64,000 nt of DNA from Rebecca billardiae RCC1528 (Eukaryota > Protista > Haptophyta), in NCBI GenBank assembly GCA_965240325.2, contig OZ251224.1:372001-436000 (forward strand), in the 5' to 3' direction. Below, in pieces: positions 1-11,992 of this stretch. Position 1 is the stretch's first letter. Each line of letters starts with the position of its first letter. The translations under genes were made by a program, and so were the position numbers. The notes below the pieces were generated by a model. The model was not told the origin of the DNA. It saw nothing but the letters and a program-made list of their open reading frames with translations, and searched no databases.

Positions 1-242
1 AGCTGCTCGCACTCCGCGTCCGTCGGGCTGCCCAGCCGGCCGGCGATCAGCCTGAGCTGCTCCGGACTGCTCGCGCCCGCCATCAGCGGCGTGCGCAGGA
101 TCATCTCCGCAATGATGCAGCCCACCGACCACAGGTCCACCTCCATGCCGTAGCTGCCGGCGGCCAGCAGCAGCTCGGGCGCGCGGTAGAAGCGCGTGAC
201 GATATAGTTGGTCATGTGCGGAGGCGCGCGCGAGGCGCCGCT

Positions 243-274
<32 letters not shown>

Positions 275-1328
275 CGCCGCCGCCGCTGCCCCCGGCGTGG
301 CCTTCGCCCACCTGCTTCGTGTCGGCGAGGATCCGAGAGATGCCGTAGTCGGCGATGCGCAGCGAGCAGTCGCGGTTGATGAGCAGATTCGACGGCTTGA
401 GGTCGCGATGCACCACGTTCGCCGCGTGCAGCGCGCGCAGCCCGCGCAGCAGCTGGTACGTGAAGAACTTGCAGTGCTCGTCCGTGATTGGCTGGCTGGA
501 GCGGATGACTGCATGCAGGTCGCAGTCCATGCGCGGCATCACGAGATAGAGCGAGGTCCAGGCGAGCAGCGGGCCCTCGAGCGGCGGGATGAGGTCGAGG
601 AGCCCGACGAGGTTCTCGTGCGGGTGCCGGCGGATGTGCAGCAGGATGCCGAGCTCGCGGATCGCCGCCTGCAGCTCGATGGGGTGGCCGACCGCCGCCA
701 CCTTCTTCAAGATCACGCGATCGCCCGACACGCTGTCCTCGGCCTGCGCGATCACGCCGTACGCGCCGCGGCCGAGCAGCCCCGAGAGCTTGTACCGCTC
801 GGTCGTGTGGAACTCGACGTCGTCGAGCGTGACCGGGCTGCACGACGTGCGCGGGCAGGCGTCGATCAGCTTCTGGGACAGCTCGGGCACGGCACCCAGC
901 GAGACATCCGAGTCGAGGTTGAGTGGCGCGCGCAGCGTCAGGCCCTCGCGGTCCCACGCGAGGAGGCGCTTGTAGAAGAGGATGAACTCGTCGAACGATA
1001 TGACCCGGTCTTTGTTCAGGTCGACCGTCTGGATGTAGAGCTCCACGCGCCGCTTGTGCAGCGAGGCGTGAGAGACACCGATGTCGACGAGCATGTCAAA
1101 GAACTCGGAGTAGTCGAGGTGGCCGTTCTTGTCCTTATCGTAGCGCCTGTACATCACGACCGCCGCCGCATGCAGCTCGCTCTCTTTCGGCTCCACCTCA
1201 GGCGGTAGCCGCCTCACATCCACGCGCAGCTTGAGCAACCTGACAGCTGCGCGCGCGAGAGCCCACTTGCTGCTTCGGCCCACGAGCTCGCCCACGCGAG
1301 CGCGCTTGGCCAGGCGCGGGCTTGACAT
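1..1328 (-). CDS. MAP kinase-like protein with two N-terminal EF-hands (3' end runs off the window)
   Basis: Manual translation from ATG 1328 (not in the ORF track because it is open at the edge). EF loops DKDKNGHLDYSE and DLNKDRVISFDE precede kinase motifs GRGAYG, HRDLKPSNLL, DYG, MTNYIVTRFYRAPE and DLWSVGCI. Confidence 0.9.
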
Positions 1329-1706
1329 CGCGAGAGGCTACGCCTGGGGGTGCCTCCTCCAACCCAGCGCCACGCCTCGAACCGCACGTCTGCCGCCCAG
1401 CGAGCCCGAGCTGCACAGCCGTGCCCGAACGCCACGCAGCAGACGGTGGCCGCGCCGACGCGCGCTCGGCGGTCAAGATCTACCAGTACGGCGACTCAAG
1501 GACGAGAGTACGGCTGAACCGCTGAAAACGCGCGAGGCGTCGTCACTCCGGGTGCAAACCTTCGCCCGGAGCCCTTGGGCCTTGGCCCGGATCTCGATCG
1601 TAGATCCGGCAGAGCTTGGAGCTTGTCGGGCACTCGGGCTGCTCGCTCGCCATCAAGTGCGTCCTTCGCCGTGACGGCCGGGGCGTGGGGACGTGTCCGC
1701 GCCAAT

Positions 1707-2552
1707 ATGCTGCTGGCCACTCCGCGCCCCAGGATGTGGCTGCTCACGGTCGCCGTGACGCGGCGCCTGTGCAGCGCTGCGGTCAGAATCGACGTGGGCG
1801 TCGCCAGCCTGCCCGACCCGAGCAAGAAGAAGGGCGAGGACGCCCATCTCGTCTCGCAGCAGCGGCAGGTGACGATCGCGGGCGTCTTCGACGGCGTGGG
1901 AGGGTGGGCGCAGTACGGCGTCGACCCGAGCCGGTACTCGAATCAGCTCGCAAATCTGGTCGAGCTGGAGCTCACGGGACAGGTGGAGAGCACCGGCTCC
2001 TTCAGCCTGCGCGATGCGCTGCGAGTTGCTGCCAAGAACAACCGCGAGATTGGCAGCTGCACCGCGTGCGTGACGGCGGTGGACTGGGGGCCGGAGGAGG
2101 AGGCGACGGTGACGACGCTCAATTTAGGCGACTCAGGCGCGATCCTGCTGCGCCCCTCGCCCGACGCAGACGTGTACAGCCTCGTCGCACGCTCGCAGGT
2201 GCAGCAGCACGCCTTCAACACGCCATACCAGCTTGGCACGCAGTCCGCAGACTCGGCAGACGACGCGGAGCTGGCCACCTTCACTGGCCGCGCGGGCGAC
2301 GTTGTCGTTCTCGCCACTGACGGCCTCTTTGACAACATGTCCGTCGGCGAGATCACCGACGTCCTCGCGACCGAGCTGCACGAGCAGCCCGCGAAGAGCA
2401 TGGCGGTGGCGATTGCGACGATCGCGCAGAAGCTCTCGTTCGACGCGCAAAGGCAAAGCCCGTTCGAGATCGAGGCTAAGAAGCATGGGCTGTTCTACAA
2501 GGGTGGCAAGGTGGACGACACGACTGTCATCGTCATGAAACTCTTGCCCTAG
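1707..2552 (+). CDS. PP2C-family phosphatase, PTC7-like, probably organelle-targeted
   Basis: Motifs GEDA, GVFDGVGGW, NLGDSG, QQHAFNTPYQLG, LATDGLFDN and GGKVDDTT; Arg-rich N-terminal presequence. Confidence 0.9.
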   Translation: MLLATPRPRMWLLTVAVTRRLCSAAVRIDVGVASLPDPSKKKGEDAHLVSQQRQVTIAGVFDGVGGWAQYGVDPSRYSNQLANLVELELTGQVESTGSFSLRDALRVAAKNNREIGSCTACVTAVDWGPEEEATVTTLNLGDSGAILLRPSPDADVYSLVARSQVQQHAFNTPYQLGTQSADSADDAELATFTGRAGDVVVLATDGLFDNMSVGEITDVLATELHEQPAKSMAVAIATIAQKLSFDAQRQSPFEIEAKKHGLFYKGGKVDDTTVIVMKLLP

Positions 2553-4086
2553 ACCAGCAGCGCCGTTGAGATGGCCTCGCATCTGGCCCGCCTATTCGAT
2601 CTGTCGACTCCGCAGCGCTGAGCGCAGCCGAGAACCAGCATCCTTTACCGCGGCCGTCTTCATTCTTCAATCGCGACGGCCAACGAGCTGTTCGGGCTTC
2701 GCAGCGGCGGTCTTCGCAGCGGCGGTCCCTGCGGCTGCGGCGCTGCGCCAGCATTTCGATCCGAAGTCGGCGGCCTGTGCATGCCTGCCGTGTACGACGT
2801 GCCGCCACTCTGTGACTCTGATTATCATCGGCGCCGCGGAGTTATAACTACATCAGAATAACTACAGCAGTGCCGCTGACACTCGGGCGCCACGGCTCGG
2901 GCTGTCGGGCTGAGGCCGCGGGCGCGGGCCCGAGCCGCGACCGGCGACCCCGGGCGCGGCGGCCGGCACGCCGCTACTGAGGCGGGCCGCTAGAGCTATA
3001 CTACGTTACTACGTACGGTGTCGGTGACTTGTCGCCGGGTGTTCATGCGCGCATCAGTAAAATATATATGGCGTTAGGCGTATGACTAATGACGTACTCG
3101 ATCGTCCGGCGGACCGAGGACCGGTCGGCCGCTCTGGCCGACGACTATCCTCGCTGCTCGCACCGTAGTGCCTAAGTGAGTGCCACCGTAGTGACCGTTA
3201 CGTCAATAACGTCATTACTGAATAAACGGCGCGCCTAAATAAAGGCACGGACCACTGGCACTGGTCGCGCGCCGCCCCGACTGGCCCGAGGCCGGGGGCG
3301 AGGCCCACTCACTCAGTCACTGGCAGCGATTGGCGGATTAGTGGGCGGGCCGCCGGATCTGCATACTAACTACATACCACCCGTCCCAGCCCCATACCGC
3401 ATACGACGTGATTACGTCACTAGTCAGCTCGAGTCGAGTCCGCGGTATAATAATGAAAAATACCCGCAACTATAGTGCGTGGCGGCGGTCAGTTTTAATA
3501 GTCTGGAGCTCATGAGGTACCGTCGGTACCTCATGAGCCCGCTGACCCGAAGACGGGCTCACGGGCTGCCTTTCTGGGACGGGTGCTGGTGCATTGCCGC
3601 CGCCGCTGACTATAACAGAAACTTGCGCTGCTAGTGTATCAGTAAGCTCCTGCCGTCGTCACTCTGACGTGATACTGATAAGTCACGACTCCGCGAACGT
3701 GACCTACTAGTTGGCGTCTGGGCTTTCGATCTCACTTAGATTAGTTCAAGTATAGTTATTGAATGACTTCTAAGAAATAGTCTATTATGGTGATGTCGCA
3801 TCACAGGCATCACTGCCATCCGCCCGAGACTGCCATGAGTGTCAAGTGATGAGAGTGTCGACGATCGGGCACTGCCGACGACGAATCAGGAGACCTGCGC
3901 CGTCCTGAGACCTGTGTCGTTAAAACTTAAATCATAGAATGAGTAAGACTCACTAGTAAGAGCTGTAAGAGCCCGTGCATCACTGCATGGGGATAACGCC
4001 ATGCATCTTAGAAACGCCACTGTGATGGAATGCCATGGACCATGGTATGTGCGGTGTTCCTGACGGCGAACGGGTCGGGTTGAAGC

Positions 4087-4684
4087 TCACTCGTCGGACT
4101 CCTCGGCGACTGCAGAGATCAAGCCTTGCCCCTGTGCCGACCATGATGCAAGGAACCCCATGGTGCGGGTGGGCGCGTGCTCGGCATGTGATGAGCAGCC
4201 GTTGTCCCGCGAGCGCGACGGCAGGGAAGGGGATGCGGCATGGGAAGGGTGGGCACACGCAAGCGCACACCTTCAGGCCATCGCAGTAAGCCTCAGCAAG
4301 CTCATACACCCACACGCCACAGACAGCAAAGCCGTGCGTGTGCGCCTTCTGCATTACCGTGTACGCGATCGCCTCCGTCATCTCCGGGATGGTCGAGACG
4401 AGGGCGCGGGCGACGAATTCGCGCTTGTTCACGTTGTCGTTGAAGAGCAGCACCTTGTACTTCTTCCCTCTCGCGTTCATCTCGTCGCCTGCGGGCTGCT
4501 GCGGAGCCAGCTTAATCTCTGGCGGCCGCTCCAACACATCCGCCATCTGGATCGACGGCGTGCGCACCGGCGCAGTGACCGGGGACGCGACGCGCGATAC
4601 CACGAGACGGTTGGGCAGGAACGCCGACGCCTCGGGCCGCACGATGGCCGACGCTGTGGCGAGGAGGACAGCAATGGCCTGCAT
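4087..4684 (-). CDS. clpS: Plastid-targeted ClpS N-degron adaptor, 2 exons (intron 4132-4270)
   Basis: YKVLLFNDNVNKREFV...MQKAHTHGFAVCGVW...AEAYCDGL. A GT-AG intron restores the C-terminus GQGLISAVAEESDE*. Signal peptide followed by an ASAF motif. Confidence 0.85.
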
Positions 4685-4767
4685 GGTTACGCCCGCGACA
4701 ATGACCTCGAGAGTCGTGCCCAGCGGCTGCACAGCTCGAAGGATGAGGACTCGTGGCGGCGTTCTAG

Positions 4768-5769
4768 ATGTTTCCCCGCAGTCATCATCGTCACTCATTC
4801 ATCAAGCTACTGAACCAGTTTCCAGGTCTCTCTTGGACGCACGATGGAGGCAGCGGGCTCGATCAACCAGCCTTGATGCAAGTCGCAGACGTCCCGGCTG
4901 CGGTCCATCGCCGTGTGGCGCAGGCCGAGCCACTGCTTGGGTATGCACGGGCGCAGCTGAGCTCGTCGACACAATCACCAGTCGTCGCCCTGCACATCGG
5001 CCCGATCAAGGTGAGCGCCGACGGAGCCACTATCCAGCCGAAGCTCAACATTGGGATGCAAGGCGGCTGGCTCTACCTGATGGCGGGCATTCGTGACGTG
5101 CGGGATGGACTGGCCTTCGAATGCCTCGGCATGATCATAGTCACGTACCATGGGGAGGGCCGCTCGCTCGAGGAGTTTTTGCGGAGCGTGCGCTGCGACA
5201 ACCCAGTGCCCATGATCAGCTTCCTCGTCGCGGCTGTGCCGCGGATCCTCTGGGCGATCGCGCACGCCACGGACATCGACGTGGCTTCGGACGCGTATGG
5301 CGTGAAGGGCAGTGTTATGTTCTACATTGGCTTGGGTCTGACTGCGGGCGTCTACCTGGGGTGGCGAGATACGCGCGGGTATCGGATGTTAGGCGTTGAG
5401 GGCCGTGTGGCCTCTGGCTTCGGGCTTGGTGCCACCTTGCGCGCAGGCGTGCATGACGAGGACGGGAGCGTGCGCGTCGTCTGCTTTCTCGCCAACGTCG
5501 GTCTGGACTGTGTCTTCTGCCCTGCTGAACCTCCCAGTGGAGGCGGGGACGGTAGGGTGCTCGTCTCGGGGGCAGCGATCCCGCCGCTGGTTGATGCGCT
5601 GCCAGCGCGAGAGGGCGATGCTGGTCGATTGCCTCAGGCCATGGCATGGGCGGCTGCCGCAGGGCCTGCGCCCAACAGCACCGCACCAGCGACTGCCGCC
5701 GCGGCGAGCAGCCAATGCGCAGCGCCTGCTGCGCCGAGTTCAGAGCCCGCGTGCGACGAGAGACGTTAG
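4768..5769 (+). CDS. Hypothetical protein (333 aa) with Gly-rich beta-like segments
   Basis: ATG-initiated ORF with protein-like composition, divergent from clpS; no family recognised. Confidence 0.5.
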   Translation: MFPRSHHRHSFIKLLNQFPGLSWTHDGGSGLDQPALMQVADVPAAVHRRVAQAEPLLGYARAQLSSSTQSPVVALHIGPIKVSADGATIQPKLNIGMQGGWLYLMAGIRDVRDGLAFECLGMIIVTYHGEGRSLEEFLRSVRCDNPVPMISFLVAAVPRILWAIAHATDIDVASDAYGVKGSVMFYIGLGLTAGVYLGWRDTRGYRMLGVEGRVASGFGLGATLRAGVHDEDGSVRVVCFLANVGLDCVFCPAEPPSGGGDGRVLVSGAAIPPLVDALPAREGDAGRLPQAMAWAAAAGPAPNSTAPATAAAASSQCAAPAAPSSEPACDERR

Positions 5770-6019
5770 ACTCTGGGCGCGATCATTTTCATCACCGCCT
5801 GTACACAGTAGCTTACGGTACTCATTGAAACTCTACCCCCATATGAAACCCAAAACGGTACTGCTAGTATGTGGGTAAATGTGGTGAGAATACTGTAGTA
5901 GTAGTAGTAAGAAGTAACGGGCAACGGCAGCCATGTCGGCGGCAATTCAGCCGAGTTCGAAAAAGCTGCAGCGCGGCTGGGATCGCGGGACGGCGCGCTG
6001 CCGCCGATTTGTCGCAGTC

Positions 6020-6822
6020 ATGGCGGAGTCCGCCGGGGAGCATCGCCCAACACGTGTCGCTCTCAGCGGAACGTGCGTGGCTTGCACTGTCGTGGGTGCC
6101 GTGCTCACAGTTTCTGCCCTGACGGCCGTCCTCACGGGCAGTGCTGTTGGCAGGAGCGCGGCGTTGCACCTGGACGCTAGCGATCGCGGGCTGCGGGAGC
6201 GACTGCGAGAGATGATGGGTGGTGGCGACGCAGATCTCGAGAAGAAGGCTGCGCACTCGCAGGCCATGTGTGGGAACTGTTACAAGATGAACAGGTGCTC
6301 GGAGATCGCCCCGTTCAACTACTCGGACGCCAAGCAGGCCTGCCTGTGCGCGGGGAAAGGGCCGCACGCCAAGCGGCCCTGCCAGATTCAGTGCGCCAAG
6401 CAGGGTCCGGCGCCTATCAGGGACACGAAGCTCATGGCTTGCCAGAAGAGTGGGTGCAACAAGTGCTCGCGCAACTGCGGTGGCGGGGAGTACTGGTCGA
6501 ACACGGGCACGATTGCCAACTGGAAGTACTCGTCCACGTACACGACCGGCAACACGTGGGCAAGGGTGCGCACGCGCGCGCGCGCGAGCCGGGGTGGGTG
6601 GGCGGGCGGGGCGGCTGCAGGATGGGCCATGTTCTCGACTTGCGCGTGTGGCATAGGTGCTAGCCCGCCGCCCGATCACTCACCCGCGATGGCGACGACC
6701 GCTGGCGCCCTGCACACGCGCCGGTGCAGGGCTACTGCGAGTGCATGAAGGCAAATTGCTTCAAGGAGTGCGACGGCATCGAACTGTTCAGGCAGGTCTC
6801 GGACTGCGCGCAGCTGCCGTAA
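6020..6822 (+). CDS. Cys-rich protein with an N-terminal membrane anchor, 2 exons (intron 6566-6729)
   Basis: Hydrophobic N-terminal helix and many Cys/Lys residues. The GTGCGC...GCAG intron joins NTWAR to GYCECMKANCFKEC...LP*. Start could be 5933. Confidence 0.65.
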
Positions 6823-8266
6823 GGGGTTCTGCCATTCCTGCAGCAGCACACGCACGCCAGCGTAAAGATCGCACAGAGCGCTTCACCTCTGGGCGACGGC
6901 GTCACCATGCAGCACCGGCCGCGATGGGCACGCGCCCACGGCCTGCCAGTGGCAGTGGGCCTGTGGCTGTGCCTGTGACGCCTGTGGGCCGCATGCCAGC
7001 CGCGGAGCCGCCTGAGGCCGCCTGAGGCTGCGGCTCCGGAGTCCGGTCGAAGGCAGAGTTGACTATTATTCATATTGCCAGCAGTAGTACTTCACCCGAT
7101 ACTGATTCTGACTTCACTCACCCGTGACTCACCGTGTCCGACTCTCACTCTCAGTCTCACCCGCCGTTCGGCTTAGCTCACCGTGACCGAGGCCCCCGGC
7201 GAGAGGCCCGCGCACGGACGGCGCAGAGTGCGGCTTAATACTCACTGTGAATAATAGTATTATAATGCTAGCAGAAGTGGCCGCTCCCGGTCTCCCGGAG
7301 CGCGGACGGTGGCAGCCGGCAGGGCTCCGCAGGACCAGGACTGTCCAGGTCACAGGTGATCCCGCTCACCGCGCTGCGCCGGGTCCGGGACACGGTCGTC
7401 TAATAAGCAGGCTCAGCAGCAGCTGGCGGAGATCGAGCCGACGACTGCCAGCCGAGACGGCCAGACTCTAACTGAGTCTAAGTTCGCCCGCGAGTTTTAC
7501 ACTCAATTACAATTTTTTTACAGGCACTAGTCAGTGACGAGTCCGTTAGCAGCAGTCTTATCAGTACATATATACTGCTCATCATCACAGCGTACTACCT
7601 GCCGCCCGCGTCACCGGTCACGCCGGCGCGCCCGCCGCAGCGCCGGCAGCGCGGGTCGGCGGCCGCGGGGGCGCCGCGTCCCGCGGCCGTCCCGCGGACG
7701 GCGGACGGCGGTCGCGGAGGGCGACGCGGACACCGCGCGGCCCGCGTTCGAGAATTGAGGCGCGTGACTCACGCCTCACGGGTCACACGGTGACGGACCG
7801 TACTCCGTAGTCGGGCGTCTAGACGTATGTCGTACTATGTAGCAGTCACGGTTATAACTCTAGTTGACAAGTTGTAACGCCGGACGGCCGACGGGGGACC
7901 GGACTAAGCGGACCGCTCAGCCCGGGCCCCCGACTCCCGAGGGCCGAGGCCCTCGTCAATGCGGGCCTTGGCCTCGGGCTTGGCGGAGTTGCCAGTTGGC
8001 CAAGCCAGGCAGCCTGCCAGCCTGCCACTTATTCGGGCTGGTTCCGCTGACCAGCGATCACATGATTCATACATGAGACTTAGCCGGCGATGACGTGACA
8101 ATGACAGCCCAAGTCACCAGTCCGGGCGCTCCCGCGCTGCTTCGCAGTCGGGCCGGACGCTCGCCTCCACCGCCAGGCTCGCCACCGAGGACCGAGCTGA
8201 AGCGAACTCACGCTCGCGGCCGGCCTCGCTCGCGTCATCCATCGGTTGCGCCTCATCACGTGCGGT

Positions 8267-8875
8267 ATGCTGGCTGTGGCGACGATCGTGGCAGCGGCCT
8301 CGTCGGGGGTGGTCAGCTCGAAAGGGCACATCATCACCCGCCGTTCTGCCTTCCAGGCCCTGGGCGGCGTGGTCGCTGCCAACGTCCTTGCCCCGGCCGC
8401 GCACGCGGGGATGAAGTTCCCCGGCGAGCAGCCCAAGGACCTTGGCGTCCGGCCTGATGGCTCGCTCAAGGGGTGCCCGTCCAGCCCGAACTGCTGGTCG
8501 ACCTCGGGAGACGCGAAGCACGTGATCAACCCGTTCGAGTTCTCCAAGAAGAAGGACGCTGCGGTCGCCGACCTCACCTCTGTCCTGTCGGCATACCCGC
8601 AGGAAGGGGTGACCGCGGCTGACGGCAGTCTCATCGATGGCGGCGGCAACCAGATCGTGACCAACGACGCTGGATACGTGTACATGCAGTTCACTTCGAA
8701 GCGATTCGGTTTCGTTGACGACGTCGAGTTCAGCGTGCAGGATGGGGGCAAAGTGATGGTGCGCTCCGCCTCACGCCAGGGCGACTCTGACCTCGGCGTC
8801 AATGCGGCGCGCCTCAAGTACATCGCCGCAAAGCTAGCAGAGAAGGGCGGCTGGAAGACTGAGCTCGGCGTCTAA
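8267..8875 (+). CDS. DUF1499-family protein, probably thylakoid lumen (Tat signal)
   Basis: LKGCPSSPNCWST, FGFVDDVEF and VRSASRQGDSDLGVNAARL. Twin-Arg signal TRRSAF...AHA follows a signal/transit region. Confidence 0.85.
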   Translation: MLAVATIVAAASSGVVSSKGHIITRRSAFQALGGVVAANVLAPAAHAGMKFPGEQPKDLGVRPDGSLKGCPSSPNCWSTSGDAKHVINPFEFSKKKDAAVADLTSVLSAYPQEGVTAADGSLIDGGGNQIVTNDAGYVYMQFTSKRFGFVDDVEFSVQDGGKVMVRSASRQGDSDLGVNAARLKYIAAKLAEKGGWKTELGV

Positions 8876-9172
8876 GCGTGGCGCTTCTCTTCCAGCTCTG
8901 AGCTGTGTCACGGCGAGCGTATCGTGCAACCTCGATGCACACAGCAGCTGCCGCGGCGCTCTCGGTCTGTGGACTGACGACTGTCATTCGCGGACCATGT
9001 CCATGGGCATGCCGCATCAGGTCCGCCGACGATATGCATGCGCCTTTCCACACGTACAGACAGCGGCTGACCATGCAGCCTGGCACAGGGGGCATGATGA
9101 CCGACTCCCGGATGTCACCGGCGGCAACCGAGTCTGACACTGATCGGATCTGAGCCGCGGCGCGATACACTA

Positions 9173-9684
9173 CAGGCAATCGCGGGCAATAAGAAGCTGT
9201 CACGTTAAGAAACTGGGGCTTGCTATCTGCGGATCAGGCCTAGAAACTGAGGCTAGCGATTGGCTGGTTCGCTATACGCATAGTCGCACTAAGAAACCGG
9301 GACTACGTCGTCCCGGCTGACGAGTGGTCCGCCGAGGGGCGAGGCGCAGTCGGCCCGTCGGGGACGCGGCGCGCGGCCCGACAACGAGTACAGGCCAAGT
9401 CCCGACTTCTCCTGATGACTGACTCCTGGCCAGTGCACCGCAGCATCCATGCAACATCATGCCAGATTTGCTCATCCAAAAAGGCCCAAATTTTTCGTCG
9501 GCCTCGCCGGCCGGGCCTAAAGACTCAGCGGGGGGCTCTGCCCCCCTGCGCCCCCCGCGCCTGCGCGGCGGGCCGGGACCTAGCGCTAAGAAACTGAGAC
9601 TCCGTAGGCGCTCGGGCTACCGAACGGCTAAGAAACCGAGGCTAGCCGTGAGATCTCTGACTTCTTATTGCCCGCGATTGCCTG
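9173..9684. mobile_element. MITE, Tc1/mariner-like, 24-bp TIR with TA target duplication
   Basis: TA|CAGGCAATCGCGGGCAATAAGAAG at 9171-9196 and its exact reverse complement at 9661-9686; no coding capacity. Confidence 0.85.
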
Positions 9685-9989
9685 TATACAGCGCTGCAGT
9701 ACTAGTGTCACTACTAGTACTACCGTTATGTCTGATGACTACGACGTAAGCTAGTTACACGGCATGATACTGGCAGCGCCGCCTCAGCGGGCACTGTATC
9801 ATGCAGTATCACGATACTGATACGACGTACCACACTTGTTTGTACTGTGCCACTCAGCAGTACAGTTTACTATATGATTTTTAAACGTGCACAGTAATTA
9901 TAAATCTCGCCTGCCTGAGCTGTGTGCGTCTCTTATTCTTAGTAAACTGTACAGTCTGCTGAGCTAAAAGAAGGATATCGCAAACGACG

Positions 9990-11729
9990 ATGGCGACGCT
10001 GCTTCGGCGCTGGTCGACTTCGGGTGCGGGCGTCGCGGCGAAGGACGAGGGTGGTGATGCGCGGCAGACGCTCCTCCTGGGGAGACGCGGCCGGCGCGAG
10101 ACGGTGGACAGCGCCCAGTTCGCCCGCGCGCTCACCGCGCTCAACGGCATCGCGCACGCCTCGGCCGCGAGCGATGACGAGCGCGACCGCGCGGCAGTCA
10201 ACGTGATCGGCACGCTGCAGCGGCGCAAGACGGTGATCGCGCTGGTGGAGGAGGACGAGGCGCCGCAGCAGGCCCGGCCGCCCACGCCCTTGCAGCGCTC
10301 GCACGCCGCCGAGATCCACGCGTTCAAGTGCGCGCTGGTCGTGTGCCTCAGCTGCGTCGTGTGCCTGCACCGCGAGGTGTCGCTGCACGGCGGCGAGCAG
10401 TGGGCGGTGATCTCGGTGCTGATCGTCTTCGCGTCGGGCACGTCGGTAGGGGACATCGTCTCGAAGGGCGTGAACCGCATCGCGGGCACGCTCGTCGGCG
10501 TGGCGCTCGCGCTGCTCGTGCACCTGCCCGTGATGTGCCTGCACGGCCCGTGGGCGCGGTACGCCGTGATGTGCGCGGCCGTCTCAGCCGCCTCGATGCT
10601 CTCGATGTGGCTGATCTGCAAGTTCAAGAGCTCGGACTGGGCGTACGCGCTGCTCGTCGCGGCGTTCACCTTCGCCATGTTCACCGTCACGTGGTACAAA
10701 GCCGGCGCGCACTTCGAGTCGGGCGCGTGGCGCGGGTGCGTGATCCTGCTGAGCTGCGGCCTCGCGTTTGTGGCCGCTGTCGCGCTGCTGCCGCACTGGG
10801 CGACCGACGAGCTGGACGCGCTGATCGAGCGCTCGTTCAGCGACGCGGCGGCGACGGTGGGCACGACGATCCGCGCGTGGTGCGACGCCGGCGCCCCGCC
10901 CGCCTCCGCCCCGCCCTCCCCCGCGGGGTGCGTCGCGCACTCCCTGCTGCTCGAGGACGAGATGCACGAGGCGTTTGAGCGGCTCGTGCTCTCGAGGGAG
11001 CGCGGCGCCAAGCTGCTGCTCGCCGCGCGGTGGGAGGCGGTGTGGAGGCGCGTGCTCGCGCCGTGGCGCCAGCCTGACGCGTGGTGGGAGCACTCGATCG
11101 GCCTGCTCTCCGCGCTGCGCCACTTCGTCCGCGCCGTCGAGGCGCTCGACCGGCTGCTGCGCGCGCGCGCCGAGCCGAGCGCGAGCGCGCGCAAGCGCCT
11201 CAGCCCCGCGCTGCTCAGGCTGTCAGCCCAGCTCACCACGGCGCTGACGGAGCTCGCGCGCTGCGTGAAGCACTCGACCGCGCGGAGCGTCGACGTGCGC
11301 TTCGACCGGCGCCGGCTGGCTGAGGCCTCGCGGCTCAGCGCCGAGCTGTGGGCCGAGCTCGAGCGCGTCGAGGCGGCCGAGCTCGACGGCGCTGCGCCTG
11401 CGCCGGCCGGCGCCGCGCACCGCACCACCGCGCACCGCACCGCGCTCTCCGCGTTTGTGCTCCTCGCGACCGAGCTCGTGCCGCACCTGGAGGAGCTCGC
11501 CCGCGCCGTGGAGCAGTACGCCACGCGCCCCTCGCTCTCGCTCCAAGGCTCGCGCCTCCCGAGCCAGCACGGCCTGCCGCGCTCGGCCAGCGCGGCGTCC
11601 CGCAGCCAAGGGTCCGCCGCCGCCGATGCCGATGGCTCGGCCGCGGCCGCGGGCCCCGCGGATGGCGCACGAAACGCACCTCTGCCCTGCGCAAGTGTCA
11701 GCGTGACCCTGCCAACGTTGACTGACTGA
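9990..11729 (+). CDS. ALMT/FUSC-superfamily membrane transporter or anion channel
   Basis: WAVISVLIVF...VGDIVSKGVNRIAGTLVG resembles the ALMT signature; 5-6 TM helices followed by a helical C-terminal domain. Confidence 0.75.
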   Translation: MATLLRRWSTSGAGVAAKDEGGDARQTLLLGRRGRRETVDSAQFARALTALNGIAHASAASDDERDRAAVNVIGTLQRRKTVIALVEEDEAPQQARPPTPLQRSHAAEIHAFKCALVVCLSCVVCLHREVSLHGGEQWAVISVLIVFASGTSVGDIVSKGVNRIAGTLVGVALALLVHLPVMCLHGPWARYAVMCAAVSAASMLSMWLICKFKSSDWAYALLVAAFTFAMFTVTWYKAGAHFESGAWRGCVILLSCGLAFVAAVALLPHWATDELDALIERSFSDAAATVGTTIRAWCDAGAPPASAPPSPAGCVAHSLLLEDEMHEAFERLVLSRERGAKLLLAARWEAVWRRVLAPWRQPDAWWEHSIGLLSALRHFVRAVEALDRLLRARAEPSASARKRLSPALLRLSAQLTTALTELARCVKHSTARSVDVRFDRRRLAEASRLSAELWAELERVEAAELDGAAPAPAGAAHRTTAHRTALSAFVLLATELVPHLEELARAVEQYATRPSLSLQGSRLPSQHGLPRSASAASRSQGSAAADADGSAAAAGPADGARNAPLPCASVSVTLPTLTD

Positions 11730-11992
11730 ATCATATACGACGCGCGAGCCAAGAATATGATGCGCGGCATCCGCGCCGATCGTCATCTGCGACGTTAGTA
11801 GCATAGAGGAGTAGTTCTGTGCAATATCTCACTCGGGCGGGTCCCCCACAGGATCACTGCTCCGACTCCGTGCTCGACCCTGGTTGTGATCACAGTCTCA
11901 GATCGCATCCGTCTCAGCAGCAGCGATGGGGACCAGGGGGCAGGGCCACGAGGCCGCGGCGCGCGCGGCACAACGCCCGCTCACTCTCAGAC

